Positions 24,314 through 32,663 of a stretch of DNA of 43,786 nucleotides are shown here, piece after piece. The stretch lies in the NCBI GenBank assembly GCA_046723895.1, contig JBKOVL010000147.1, forward strand, positions 1-43,786, in the 5' to 3' direction. The notes under the pieces are model-generated. The model was given only the letters and a program-made list of their open reading frames with translations. It was not told where the DNA came from and searched no databases. The stretch's first letter is position 1, and every line of letters starts with the position of its first letter. This stretch comes from Actinomycetota bacterium. Its GTDB lineage: Bacteria > Actinomycetota > Thermoleophilia > Gaiellales > Gaiellaceae. The translations under genes and the position numbers were made by a program.

Positions 24314-25330
24314 CTACGGCGGGAGGTGCGGTTTGGGCCGCAGCGCGCGGACGAACGCCCGCACCCAGAACGCCGTCCGGTCGAGGTACGCGCGTTGCGC
24401 AGCCTTGCCGTGCAGCCGGTAGGCGCCGTCGTAGCTCGAGTACGAGAGCTTGGCCGCGTTCCCCGGCGCGGTCGCCCGGGCGGGCTCGATCTGCGTCCCC
24501 TCGTGCCACTCGTTGTAGCTCGTGATCGTCACGCCGTCCGCCTTCGCGGCGATCGCGGAGCGCCACATCGAGTCGTACGTCTTGCCGTGGCGCCGCGGCT
24601 TGACGTGCTTGTCGCCCGTGGCTCGTGAGGCTTCGTATCCGGGGCCGACCGATGGGAGGCAGAGGAGTCGGAGCTTGCGCGCCGCCTTGCAGATGCGCGC
24701 GAAATCACCCCCGCCCCAGTGGAGGATGTCGTAGGTGTAGATCCCGTCGAAATGGGACGCGGCGGCGTGCCCGGCGAGGGCGGTCTGGGCAAAGAGCTGC
24801 ACGCCGGGGATGCGGTCGCGGAGCGCGGCCCAGTCCGCATCCGCGATATCGAACGGGTGGTAGACGTAGAAGCGCCTGATCCCGAGCGCAGTCAGGTGCC
24901 CGAGGTCCGACTGCACGCTCAGGATCGTGCGGCCGGGATAGGGCTCGAGATGGACGGCAACGGCGAGGTGCGCGGCCCGCGCCGCCCTGATCACAAGCGG
25001 CAGCCGCCCGTCCTCCGGCGATCCCCAGCCCCACCACGAGGAGACCACCTCCTGGACGCCCGCGGCCGCGATCTCGCGCATCTGTGCCTGCACGATGCGC
25101 GCGTCGGAGCTCGAGTAGAGCCCCCGGGCGGGGAAATAGTTCGAGGCGAAGGAGGTCGTAGCCGGAATCGTCCAGTGCACCCAGCCGCCGTCGCGCCGGG
25201 GCGTGCCGTACCACGGGTAGTAGAAGATCGAGATCTCGGGGGTGGGAACCGGCGTAGCCGCAGAGGCCTGCGAGCAGGCCGAGACGAGCCCCAGGACGAA
25301 AAGTACAGCGACCGGGTGAAACCTGCGCAA
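24314..25330 (-). CDS. GH99-like glycoside hydrolase lipoprotein
   Basis: A TTG start gives MRRFHPVAVLFVLGLVSAC (lipobox VSAC). Then YYPWYG, SSWWGWG and ITSYNEWHEGTQIEP, which are typical of the endo-alpha-mannosidase-like GH99 family. Confidence 0.7.
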   Translation of the reverse strand: MRRFHPVAVLFVLGLVSACSQASAATPVPTPEISIFYYPWYGTPRRDGGWVHWTIPATTSFASNYFPARGLYSSSDARIVQAQMREIAAAGVQEVVSSWWGWGSPEDGRLPLVIRAARAAHLAVAVHLEPYPGRTILSVQSDLGHLTALGIRRFYVYHPFDIADADWAALRDRIPGVQLFAQTALAGHAAASHFDGIYTYDILHWGGGDFARICKAARKLRLLCLPSVGPGYEASRATGDKHVKPRRHGKTYDSMWRSAIAAKADGVTITSYNEWHEGTQIEPARATAPGNAAKLSYSSYDGAYRLHGKAAQRAYLDRTAFWVRAFVRALRPKPHLPP

Positions 25331-25383
25331 AGCGGCCAGATCATCGCACCGATGCGCGGCGACGGGGTGGCTCGGAAACGCGC

Positions 25384-26208
25384 CTAGTATCCGGTGAGGT
25401 GCCACCCGGCCCTCATCGGGCCGCTGCCTGGAATCGTCAGGCCTGGAATCGCATCCGGGGCCGCGACGAGCAGCACGCCGAGGACGGACAGCAGCGCGGC
25501 CGTCCCCCAGGTGGCCGCTCGGCCCCACGGGAGCGTCTTCTCCGCGGCGATGACCGCCGCCACGAGCGCCATCCAGGCGATGCTCATCACGCCGAGCGCG
25601 AACAGCGCTGCCATCAGCGCCCAGCAGCAGCCGACGCACCACCCGCCGTGCGTCGCTCCCATCCGCAGGGCGCCGAACACGCCGTCGCGCCAGGATCCGA
25701 TCAGGAATCCGAGCGGCGAGCGGCACTTCCCGAGGCAGGCGTTCTTGAGCGGCGTCAGCTCGTAGGCCGCAGCCGCGAGCACAATCGCGGCCGCGACCCA
25801 CCGCCCGGCCCGATCCCACGAGACGTCGCCGCCGAGCGCAGCGTCGGCGCCCGCGGAGATCGCGTACGCGAGCAGCCCCGTCGCTCCCCAGACGAGCAGG
25901 TATCCGACCGTGAAGACGAGCGGTGCGAGCGGTTGCCGGCTGCGCGTCAGCTGCGAATAGAGCGCGGCCGTCGGCGAGACCGACGGAAGCATCATCGCGG
26001 CCATCATCACAACCCAGATCCCGAGGAACCAGCCGAGCGAGCCGAGATCGGTTCCCGGCCCGTCGTCCATTCCGCGCATGCGGTCGGTGGTCCACCACCA
26101 CGCCGCCGCGGCTAGCCCGAGCAGCAGGGCGACGAGGCCGAGTCGAGCTCGCGTCGCCGCAAAGGCTGTAATCAGGCTGCTGCGCTCGGCTCCGGCTGAC
26201 ACGCTCAC
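25384..26208 (-). CDS. DUF2182-family predicted metal-binding integral membrane protein
   Basis: WWWTTDRMRGMDDGPG, WVVMMAAMMLP, LKNACLGKCRSP and GGWCVGCCWALM. GTG start at 26208 or 26202. The 347-aa track entry is longer than the likely gene. Confidence 0.65.
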   Translation of the reverse strand: MSVSAGAERSSLITAFAATRARLGLVALLLGLAAAAWWWTTDRMRGMDDGPGTDLGSLGWFLGIWVVMMAAMMLPSVSPTAALYSQLTRSRQPLAPLVFTVGYLLVWGATGLLAYAISAGADAALGGDVSWDRAGRWVAAAIVLAAAAYELTPLKNACLGKCRSPLGFLIGSWRDGVFGALRMGATHGGWCVGCCWALMAALFALGVMSIAWMALVAAVIAAEKTLPWGRAATWGTAALLSVLGVLLVAAPDAIPGLTIPGSGPMRAGWHLTGY

Positions 26209-26434
26209 GCGCCGAGACCCTAAACCATCCGGCGGTACGCTCCGGCGGTGAATCTGACCCTCCAGGCGCTGTCGCGCTCGTTCTCCGTTCGCGGCCGCCG
26301 CCCGCCGACTGGTGGACGGCGGCGACAGCGACGTGCTCGCCGTCGTCCTCGCCTCCGTGCTCGGGGCAGTTGCGCTCGTCGGCCTCGCCGTGCTGTGGGC
26401 GCACTCCTGACGCCGGCTGCCGGCCACGGCGCCT

Positions 26435-27640
26435 CTACGGCTCGGTCGCCACCGCCCTGGAATCGGTGGCCGCGGCGGTCGCCCCGGCGGGGGTGCGGAG
26501 CGTCGTGCCCGTCTCGGGATCGAAGAAATGGAACTGCCACGGGTCGACGGTCAGCCGGAGGCGCTGACCCGTGACGGCACCCGTCCGCGGGTCCACGCGC
26601 GCGTTGAAGAGGGAGTGTGGGTCGTCGGCGATGAGGCCCTCGAGCGGCTCGTCGCTTGCGGCCTGCAGTTCTTCCGCCGTGACGGGCGGGGCCTCGATCG
26701 GGAAGATCACGTGAGCGTCTGCACCGAGCTCCTCGACCACCGAGACCTCGGCCTCGATCTGGGGGAGCGCCGGGTTCGCGAACTCCGCGTCCTCGAAGCT
26801 CTCCGGCCGTATGCCGAGTATGACCTTGCCCTCGCGGGCGGGACGGCGTCCCGGAGCCAGCGCCACTCGGAAACCGGCGAACTCCGCGGTGCCGTCCGCA
26901 ACTGTCGCCTCCACCAGGTTCATCGACGGCGAGCCGATGAAGGCTGCGACGAACAAGTTCACCGGCTCGTTGTAGAGGTTCTGGGGGATGTCGACCTGCT
27001 GGATGCGCCCGTCGCGCATCACGGCGACGCGTTGGCCGAGTGTCATTGCCTCGACCTGGTCATGCGTCACGTAGACCGTCGTCACTCCAAGTCGCTTGTG
27101 CAGGCGCGAGAGCTCCGCGCGCATGCTCACCCGCAACTTCGCGTCGAGGTTCGACAGCGGCTCATCCATGAGGAAGGCGGCCGGCTCGCGGACGATCGCC
27201 CGCCCCATCGCCACGCGCTGCCGCTGGCCGCCGGACAGGGCGGCGGGACGACGGTCGAGCAGCTCGACGAGCCCCAGCAGCCTCGCGACCTCGGCGACGC
27301 GACGCTCTACGTCGGCCTTCGGCACCTTGCGCACCTTCAACCCGTAGCCGAGGTTCTTGCGCACGGACATGTGTGGGTAAAGCGCGTAGTTCTGGAAGAC
27401 CATCGCTACATCGCGGTGGCGAGGCGAGAGCTCGGTCACGTCGCGCCCGGCGATGAGGATCGTCCCCTCGGTGACCTCTTCGAGTCCGGCGACCATGCGC
27501 ATGAGCGTCGACTTCCCGCAGCCGGACGGCCCGACGAGCACCATGAATTCGCCGCTTGCGATCTCGAGCGTGACATCGTCCGCGGCTCTCACGTCGCCGG
27601 GGTAGATCTTGGTGACGTGGTCGATGACGATCCCGGTCAT
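26435..27640 (-). CDS. Sugar ABC transporter ATP-binding protein (MalK/UgpC/MsiK type), with no adjacent permease or binding-protein genes
   Basis: GPSGCGKST, LSGGQRQRVA, LMDEPLSNLD, VTHDQ and a C-terminal regulatory (TOBE-like) domain. The ATG at 27640 is preceded by GAAGGAGAG. Confidence 0.9.
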   Translation of the reverse strand: MTGIVIDHVTKIYPGDVRAADDVTLEIASGEFMVLVGPSGCGKSTLMRMVAGLEEVTEGTILIAGRDVTELSPRHRDVAMVFQNYALYPHMSVRKNLGYGLKVRKVPKADVERRVAEVARLLGLVELLDRRPAALSGGQRQRVAMGRAIVREPAAFLMDEPLSNLDAKLRVSMRAELSRLHKRLGVTTVYVTHDQVEAMTLGQRVAVMRDGRIQQVDIPQNLYNEPVNLFVAAFIGSPSMNLVEATVADGTAEFAGFRVALAPGRRPAREGKVILGIRPESFEDAEFANPALPQIEAEVSVVEELGADAHVIFPIEAPPVTAEELQAASDEPLEGLIADDPHSLFNARVDPRTGAVTGQRLRLTVDPWQFHFFDPETGTTLRTPAGATAAATDSRAVATEP

Positions 27641-27782
27641 TCTCTCTCTCCTTCGAGGCGCAGTGGACCCGCGTACCTGAAGCTTAGGCCGGAAGACGAA
27701 ATCTGGCAGAGGGCGCTCCGGCTCGTCAATCTGCGGCCTTACGCGCCGCACAGTCAAGGCCGTCCGGGTAGCCTCGCCTGCG

Positions 27783-28814
27783 GTGAGCACGCTCTCGATC
27801 ATCCAGGTCGGCGTCGGTGGGTGGGGACGAAGCTGGGCGGAGCTCATAGCGGGCGCGCCGGAACTCCGGCTCGCGGCGTTGGTCGACGCTGATCGTGCCG
27901 CGCGCGAGTGGGGATCGACGACGCTCCGCGTCCGGGCCTTCAGGCGCCTCGAGGACGCGCTCGCGTCGGTCGACTCGGACGCCGTCCTGCTCGTGTCCCC
28001 GCCCGCCACACATCGTCCGCTGGCCGAGGCGAGCCTCGCGGCGGGGCGCCACGTCATCGTGGAGAAACCGCTTGCGACGAACATCACCGACGCGAACGCG
28101 CTCGCCGCCGCCGCCCGGCAGCACGGCCGCCATGTGATGGTCGCTCAGAACTACCGGTTCCGTCGCCAGTCGCGGGCCCTGCGTGAGCTCGTCCGGACCA
28201 GGACGCTGGGGCGCCTCCTGGGAATCCGGGTCACGTGCCGCCGCGACCTTCGTTCCGGCTCGATCTCCCGGCGCGACTGGCGGGGCCGGATGGCTCATCC
28301 CTACCTGCTCGACATGGCAATCCACCATGTCGATCTGCTCCGAGCGATCACCGGCCGTGACATCGTCGAGGTGGATGCCCGGGCGTGGCAGGTCCCCGAC
28401 GCGCCGTTTCGCCACGAGGCCACGGTCCAGGCGCTCCTGACGCTCGAGGACGGCACGCCGGTCGCCTACGACGGCACGTGGGCGACGCCGGGTCGCGAGA
28501 CTTCTTGGAACGGCGACTGGGAGCTCGTGGGGATGCGGGCGCGGGCCACGTGGACCGGCGGTGTGACGGATGCGCTGCGGGGAACCGTCCGCCTCGAGCG
28601 GTACAGCGAGCCGCCCACGCGTGTGGAGCTCCCCGCTCTGCCCGCCATCGACCGGCTGGCCGTGCTCCGCGAGCTCGAGCATGCGATCGCGACGGCGCGA
28701 CCACCTGAGTGCTCCGTGACGGACAACCTGCGCAGCCTCGCGGCATCGCTCGCGCTCGCCCGCTCGGTCGACGAGCGCCGCCCTGTCTCGACGGCGGAGA
28801 TCTCGGCGGAGTGA
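27783..28814 (+). CDS. Gfo/Idh/MocA-family NAD(P)-dependent oxidoreductase
   Basis: The Rossmann N-terminus IIQVGVGGWGRSW and the EKP motif VIVEKPLA. GTG start. Confidence 0.85.
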   Translation: MSTLSIIQVGVGGWGRSWAELIAGAPELRLAALVDADRAAREWGSTTLRVRAFRRLEDALASVDSDAVLLVSPPATHRPLAEASLAAGRHVIVEKPLATNITDANALAAAARQHGRHVMVAQNYRFRRQSRALRELVRTRTLGRLLGIRVTCRRDLRSGSISRRDWRGRMAHPYLLDMAIHHVDLLRAITGRDIVEVDARAWQVPDAPFRHEATVQALLTLEDGTPVAYDGTWATPGRETSWNGDWELVGMRARATWTGGVTDALRGTVRLERYSEPPTRVELPALPAIDRLAVLRELEHAIATARPPECSVTDNLRSLAASLALARSVDERRPVSTAEISAE

Positions 28815-29737
28815 GGATCGGCCTCTTCCTCGCCCTCTACCTGGACCGGCCGCTCCCGGACGCGCTCGACGCCGCAGCGACTGCCGGTTGCGAAGCGGTC
28901 GAGCTCCTGTCGAAGGCGTCGAGCCCGCACTGCAGGCCCGCCGAGCTTCTCCGCGACGCAGCGGCCCGCACGAGCCTCGCACAGGCGACGGCCAGTCGCG
29001 GCCTGGTCATCTCCGCACTCTCCTGTCACGGGAACCCACTGCACCCGGACCGGTCGGTTGCAGAGGCCGCCGACCGCGATTTCCGCGATACCGTGAGGCT
29101 CGCGGCGGCGCTGGGCGTCGGCACGGTGATCACGTTCTCGGGCTGTCCGGGCGAGTCCGAGCGTTCCCTGCGCCCGAGCTGGGTGACGTGCTCCTGGCCA
29201 CACGACTACCCGGAGACGCTCGAGTGGCAATGGCGCGAGCGGGTCATCCCCTACTGGCTCGAGGCCGCGTCGTTCGCCCGCTCCCACGAGGTTCGCGTCG
29301 CCGTCGAGCCGCACCCGGGCTTCGTCGTCTACAACACGGCGTCGATGCTGCGCCTGCGCGCTGCGACCGGGAGCTGGGTGGGCGTCAACTTCGATCCCTC
29401 GCACCTCTTCTGGCAGTCAATGGATCCGCTTGCCTGCGTCGGCGTGCTCGCCGAGGCGATCTTCCACGTGCACGCGAAGGACACGGGCTTCGACGACCGG
29501 CTCCTGGCCGTCAACGGCGTCCTCGAGACGACTCCCGGCGAGCACCCGTCGGACCGCGCGTGGATCTTCCGGACCGTCGGCGACGGACATCCCGTGCCGT
29601 TCTGGCGCGCGCTCGTCCGCGCGCTCCATGAGGTCGGCTACGACGGCGTCCTCTCGGTCGAGCACGAGGACCCGCTCCTGCCCCGAGAACAGGGTCTCGA
29701 GCGCGCCGTCGCGACACTTCGCCACGCGCTCGCCTAG
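28811..29737 (+). CDS. Sugar phosphate isomerase/epimerase (xylose-isomerase-like TIM barrel)
   Basis: VAVEPHPG, NFDPSHL, HVHAKD and SVEHED metal-ligand blocks. GTG at 28811 overlaps the oxidoreductase stop (GTGA). Confidence 0.85.
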   Translation: MRIGLFLALYLDRPLPDALDAAATAGCEAVELLSKASSPHCRPAELLRDAAARTSLAQATASRGLVISALSCHGNPLHPDRSVAEAADRDFRDTVRLAAALGVGTVITFSGCPGESERSLRPSWVTCSWPHDYPETLEWQWRERVIPYWLEAASFARSHEVRVAVEPHPGFVVYNTASMLRLRAATGSWVGVNFDPSHLFWQSMDPLACVGVLAEAIFHVHAKDTGFDDRLLAVNGVLETTPGEHPSDRAWIFRTVGDGHPVPFWRALVRALHEVGYDGVLSVEHEDPLLPREQGLERAVATLRHALA

Positions 29738-29767
29738 CCGACCACCGTTGCCAATCTCCCATCGGGG

Positions 29768-29786
29768 CGCCGGATCCCTTCCGGCG
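29768..29786 (+). terminator. Short hairpin CGCCGGA-TCCCT-TCCGGCG downstream of the isomerase gene
   Basis: 7-bp perfect stem, no U-tract. It is followed by GATACT 8 nt before the ATG at 29804, a possible -10 for a near-leaderless transcript. Confidence 0.3.
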
Positions 29787-29803
29787 GACGATACTGCGCA
29801 TGC

Positions 29804-30922
29804 ATGCCGTCCGCCGAGATCGAGGCAGGCCTGTCCGAGCAGCCCGAGGACGAGCTCGTCCGGGCCGAGATCGACGGCGCGCGGCGCAAGAAGAAGACCG
29901 GCAAGGGCCGGATCATCGCCCTGGTCGTCTCGGTCGCCGTCATCGCGGGCGTGTTTGCGTTCGCGCTGCCGCGGATCGCCGACTACGGCGCGGTCTGGGC
30001 CGAGATCAAGCAGATCTCGTGGCCGTGGATCGTCGCACTCGTCCTGTCGGTCCTACTGAACACCGCCACGTACGGCCCGCCGTGGATGGCCGCGCTGCCC
30101 GGCCTCCCGTACTGGCAGGCGGAGCGGCTGACACTGGCCTCGACCGCGCTGTCGATGGTCGCGCCCGGCGGCGCCGCGGTCGGGATGGCCACGTCCTTCG
30201 CAATGCTCAGAGCCTGGGGCTTCCGCGGCCGGCCCGTCGGTCTCGCCGTCGTCGTGACGAGCGTCTGGAACCAGCTCGTCATACTGGGCATCCCGATCAT
30301 CGCCCTCGCCGGCGTCGTCGCCGAAGGCGGCAGCAACCGCACCCTCGAGATCGTCGCCGTCATCGCCCTGGTCGTCTTCGTCGCGATCGTCGTCGGCTTC
30401 GCGGTCGGCCTTTCGAGCAAACGCCTCGCCCGTCGGGTGGGCGACCGGGCTGCGCGGCTGGCCAGCTGGGCAAAGGGGGTCGTCGGCAAGGCCCCGGTGA
30501 AGTGGAGGGGCGAGTCGTTCGTGCGCTTCCGGGACGAGGCGATCGAGCTGATCCGCCGCCGCTGGCCGTTTCTCACCCTGGCGACGCTCGCCGGCCACCT
30601 CACGGTCTTCGTCGTGCTGGTCGTCTCTATCCGTGCAGTCGGCATCCCGCGCGCCGAGGTGACGATCGTCGAGGCGTTCGCTGCGTGGGCGCTCGCGCGC
30701 GTGCTCGGCTCGATCCCGATCACTCCCGGCGGGGTCGGCTTCGTCGAGCTCGGCCTCACCGGGGCGCTCGTCGCCTTCGGCGCCACCAACGACGAGGCCG
30801 TCGCGGCGACGCTGATCTACCGATTCCTCTCGGTCGTCCCGACCCTCGTCTTCGGGCTGATCGCGGCGGCGACCTGGAAGGTCGGGCACCGGGCCCGGGA
30901 GACCGTTGCGGAAACCGCCTAG
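29804..30922 (+). CDS. Flippase-like membrane protein, UPF0104 / lysylphosphatidylglycerol-synthase-TM-region family
   Basis: The N-terminal basic patch RRKKKTGKGR is followed by about 8 TM segments and the family C-terminal block SIPITPGGVGFVELGLTGAL. Confidence 0.7.
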   Translation: MPSAEIEAGLSEQPEDELVRAEIDGARRKKKTGKGRIIALVVSVAVIAGVFAFALPRIADYGAVWAEIKQISWPWIVALVLSVLLNTATYGPPWMAALPGLPYWQAERLTLASTALSMVAPGGAAVGMATSFAMLRAWGFRGRPVGLAVVVTSVWNQLVILGIPIIALAGVVAEGGSNRTLEIVAVIALVVFVAIVVGFAVGLSSKRLARRVGDRAARLASWAKGVVGKAPVKWRGESFVRFRDEAIELIRRRWPFLTLATLAGHLTVFVVLVVSIRAVGIPRAEVTIVEAFAAWALARVLGSIPITPGGVGFVELGLTGALVAFGATNDEAVAATLIYRFLSVVPTLVFGLIAAATWKVGHRARETVAETA

Positions 30923-32043
30923 CCGGACCGGCGCTCTCGGCGCGCCTCCTTCTTCGCCTCCTTCTTCTGCCGCCGCTCCTCCTTCGTCTCGGCGACCTTC
31001 GTCTTCGCGTCCGCGTACGACTCACCGACGAGCTGCTTCCCGCCCGTCCAGCCGAAGACCCAGAGCAGGAGCGCCGCCGCGAGCAGCTGGTTCCAGGCGG
31101 TGACGATCAGCTGCTGCGCGGTCGAGTAGTCGACCGCGACGTCGTTTGCGACGTCGCAGCACGTCTTCAGCGCCAGCGCGTTCGTCGCCTGCGTGACGCC
31201 CACGGAGCCCGGCGTGAACGAGGCGACGTTGGCAAGCGAGCCCGAGCCGACGACCCACATGATCGACTCGAACGTGACCGGGATCGCGAACGCGCCCAGG
31301 AAGATTCCTGTGACGGCCAGCTTGCACAGCCACGAGGCAAAGGAGGGCAGGAAGACGCGGGTCAGGTAGCGCTTCGGCGTCGCCAGGATCGCCCCGCCCT
31401 CCTTCGCGTTCTCCCAGACCTCGCTCAGCCGGCGCTTCAGCGCCCGGACGGCGATCACGATGGCCACGAGCCCGCCCCCGATGAGGCTCAAGGTCAGGAT
31501 CGGGTACGCCTTCAGGTTGCCGAAACTGATGTCGAACGCGCCGGGGACGCTGAGGAACAGGTAGAGGTAGACGAACGTCCCGGCGAGGGTGACGAAGATC
31601 TTCTGCACCATGTACGCGGCGATCGCGCCGGCGAGCGTGCAGGACGGAATGATCGCCACGAACATGAACAGGGTCACGAACGTGCCGATGTTCGCCGGCA
31701 GGAAGCCGTTCATCGCGACGCCGACCGCGTAGGCGGTCGCGATCGGCCAGAACTGTGCCTCGCGGCCGTAGGCCGCCTTCAGGATCCCGTAGTAGGAGAG
31801 CCCCGCGAAGAGCGTCTGCCCCGACTGGAAGGCGAGCGCGCCGATGATGTACGCGGGGTTCGTGTTCCAGATGTGCTTGATCTGGTCCCAGAGGTCCGAG
31901 ATCCAGCCGGAGACGTCGATCCCGAGCAGGTCGAGGACGAGCCAGAAGAGCGCGACGCCGAGAATCCACCCCAGGACGCGGATCATCCGCCGCGGGCGCG
32001 AGCCTGCGGGCGCTCCGAGCGGCGCCGAGGCGAGGCCGCTCAC
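30919..32043 (-). CDS. Second flippase-like UPF0104-family membrane protein, with a Lys/Glu-rich C-terminal tail
   Basis: Multi-TM, with ...ASFTPGSVGVTQATNAL... and the tail KTKVAETKEERRQKKEAKKEARRERRSG. GTG at 32043 overlaps the PAP2 stop (GTGA). An alternative ATG is at 31986. Confidence 0.65.
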   Translation of the reverse strand: MSGLASAPLGAPAGSRPRRMIRVLGWILGVALFWLVLDLLGIDVSGWISDLWDQIKHIWNTNPAYIIGALAFQSGQTLFAGLSYYGILKAAYGREAQFWPIATAYAVGVAMNGFLPANIGTFVTLFMFVAIIPSCTLAGAIAAYMVQKIFVTLAGTFVYLYLFLSVPGAFDISFGNLKAYPILTLSLIGGGLVAIVIAVRALKRRLSEVWENAKEGGAILATPKRYLTRVFLPSFASWLCKLAVTGIFLGAFAIPVTFESIMWVVGSGSLANVASFTPGSVGVTQATNALALKTCCDVANDVAVDYSTAQQLIVTAWNQLLAAALLLWVFGWTGGKQLVGESYADAKTKVAETKEERRQKKEAKKEARRERRSG

Positions 32044-32663
32044 GCTGGCGTCTTCCACTGCGCCGCTCCGAATACGAGCAGCGCGACCCCAGCACCGAGC
32101 AGTGACCCGGCGACGACGTCGGAGAGCCAGTGCACGTGGAGGTAGGTGCGGCTCCACGCCATGGCGGCGCTCACGACGCCTGCGGCTGTCCACCACGCCG
32201 CCCTGGTCGGCCCCGGTGGACTGAACAGGAGGACGAGCGCGACGGCGGTCGTTCCCGCGTAGACGGCGTGCCCGGAGGGGAACGACGAGCCGGCGGGATG
32301 CACGAGGGCCCCTGCGGGCCGGGGACGGTCGACGAGCGCCTTCAGCAAGGACGAGAGTAACGGCGCCACGGCCTCGGCGAGCGCGAACGCGATCAGCGCC
32401 AGCCACCGGCGCGCGGCCAGCAGGACGCCGGCGATCGCCGCGAGCGTCAGCGCACGGACGAGCCCGTGCCCGATGGAGTTGAAGACGAGCGCGGTGTGCT
32501 CGAGGAACGCCGAGTGCGCGTCCCTCATCGCGTCGGACCACGATCGATCGATCGCAAGCGGCTCCGCCGGTACGAGGATCGCCATCAGCGCGACGACCCC
32601 GAGCAGGGCGACTCCGGCCCAACAGGCACGGATCGGCTCGGCGAAGAAGCGCTCGCGCCTCAC
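32040..32663 (-). CDS. PAP2-family lipid phosphatase
   Basis: The three PAP2 motifs are present: KALVDRPRP, PSGH and SRTYLHVHWLSD. GTG start overlaps the MBL-gene stop (GTGA). Confidence 0.85.
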   Translation of the reverse strand: MRRERFFAEPIRACWAGVALLGVVALMAILVPAEPLAIDRSWSDAMRDAHSAFLEHTALVFNSIGHGLVRALTLAAIAGVLLAARRWLALIAFALAEAVAPLLSSLLKALVDRPRPAGALVHPAGSSFPSGHAVYAGTTAVALVLLFSPPGPTRAAWWTAAGVVSAAMAWSRTYLHVHWLSDVVAGSLLGAGVALLVFGAAQWKTPA

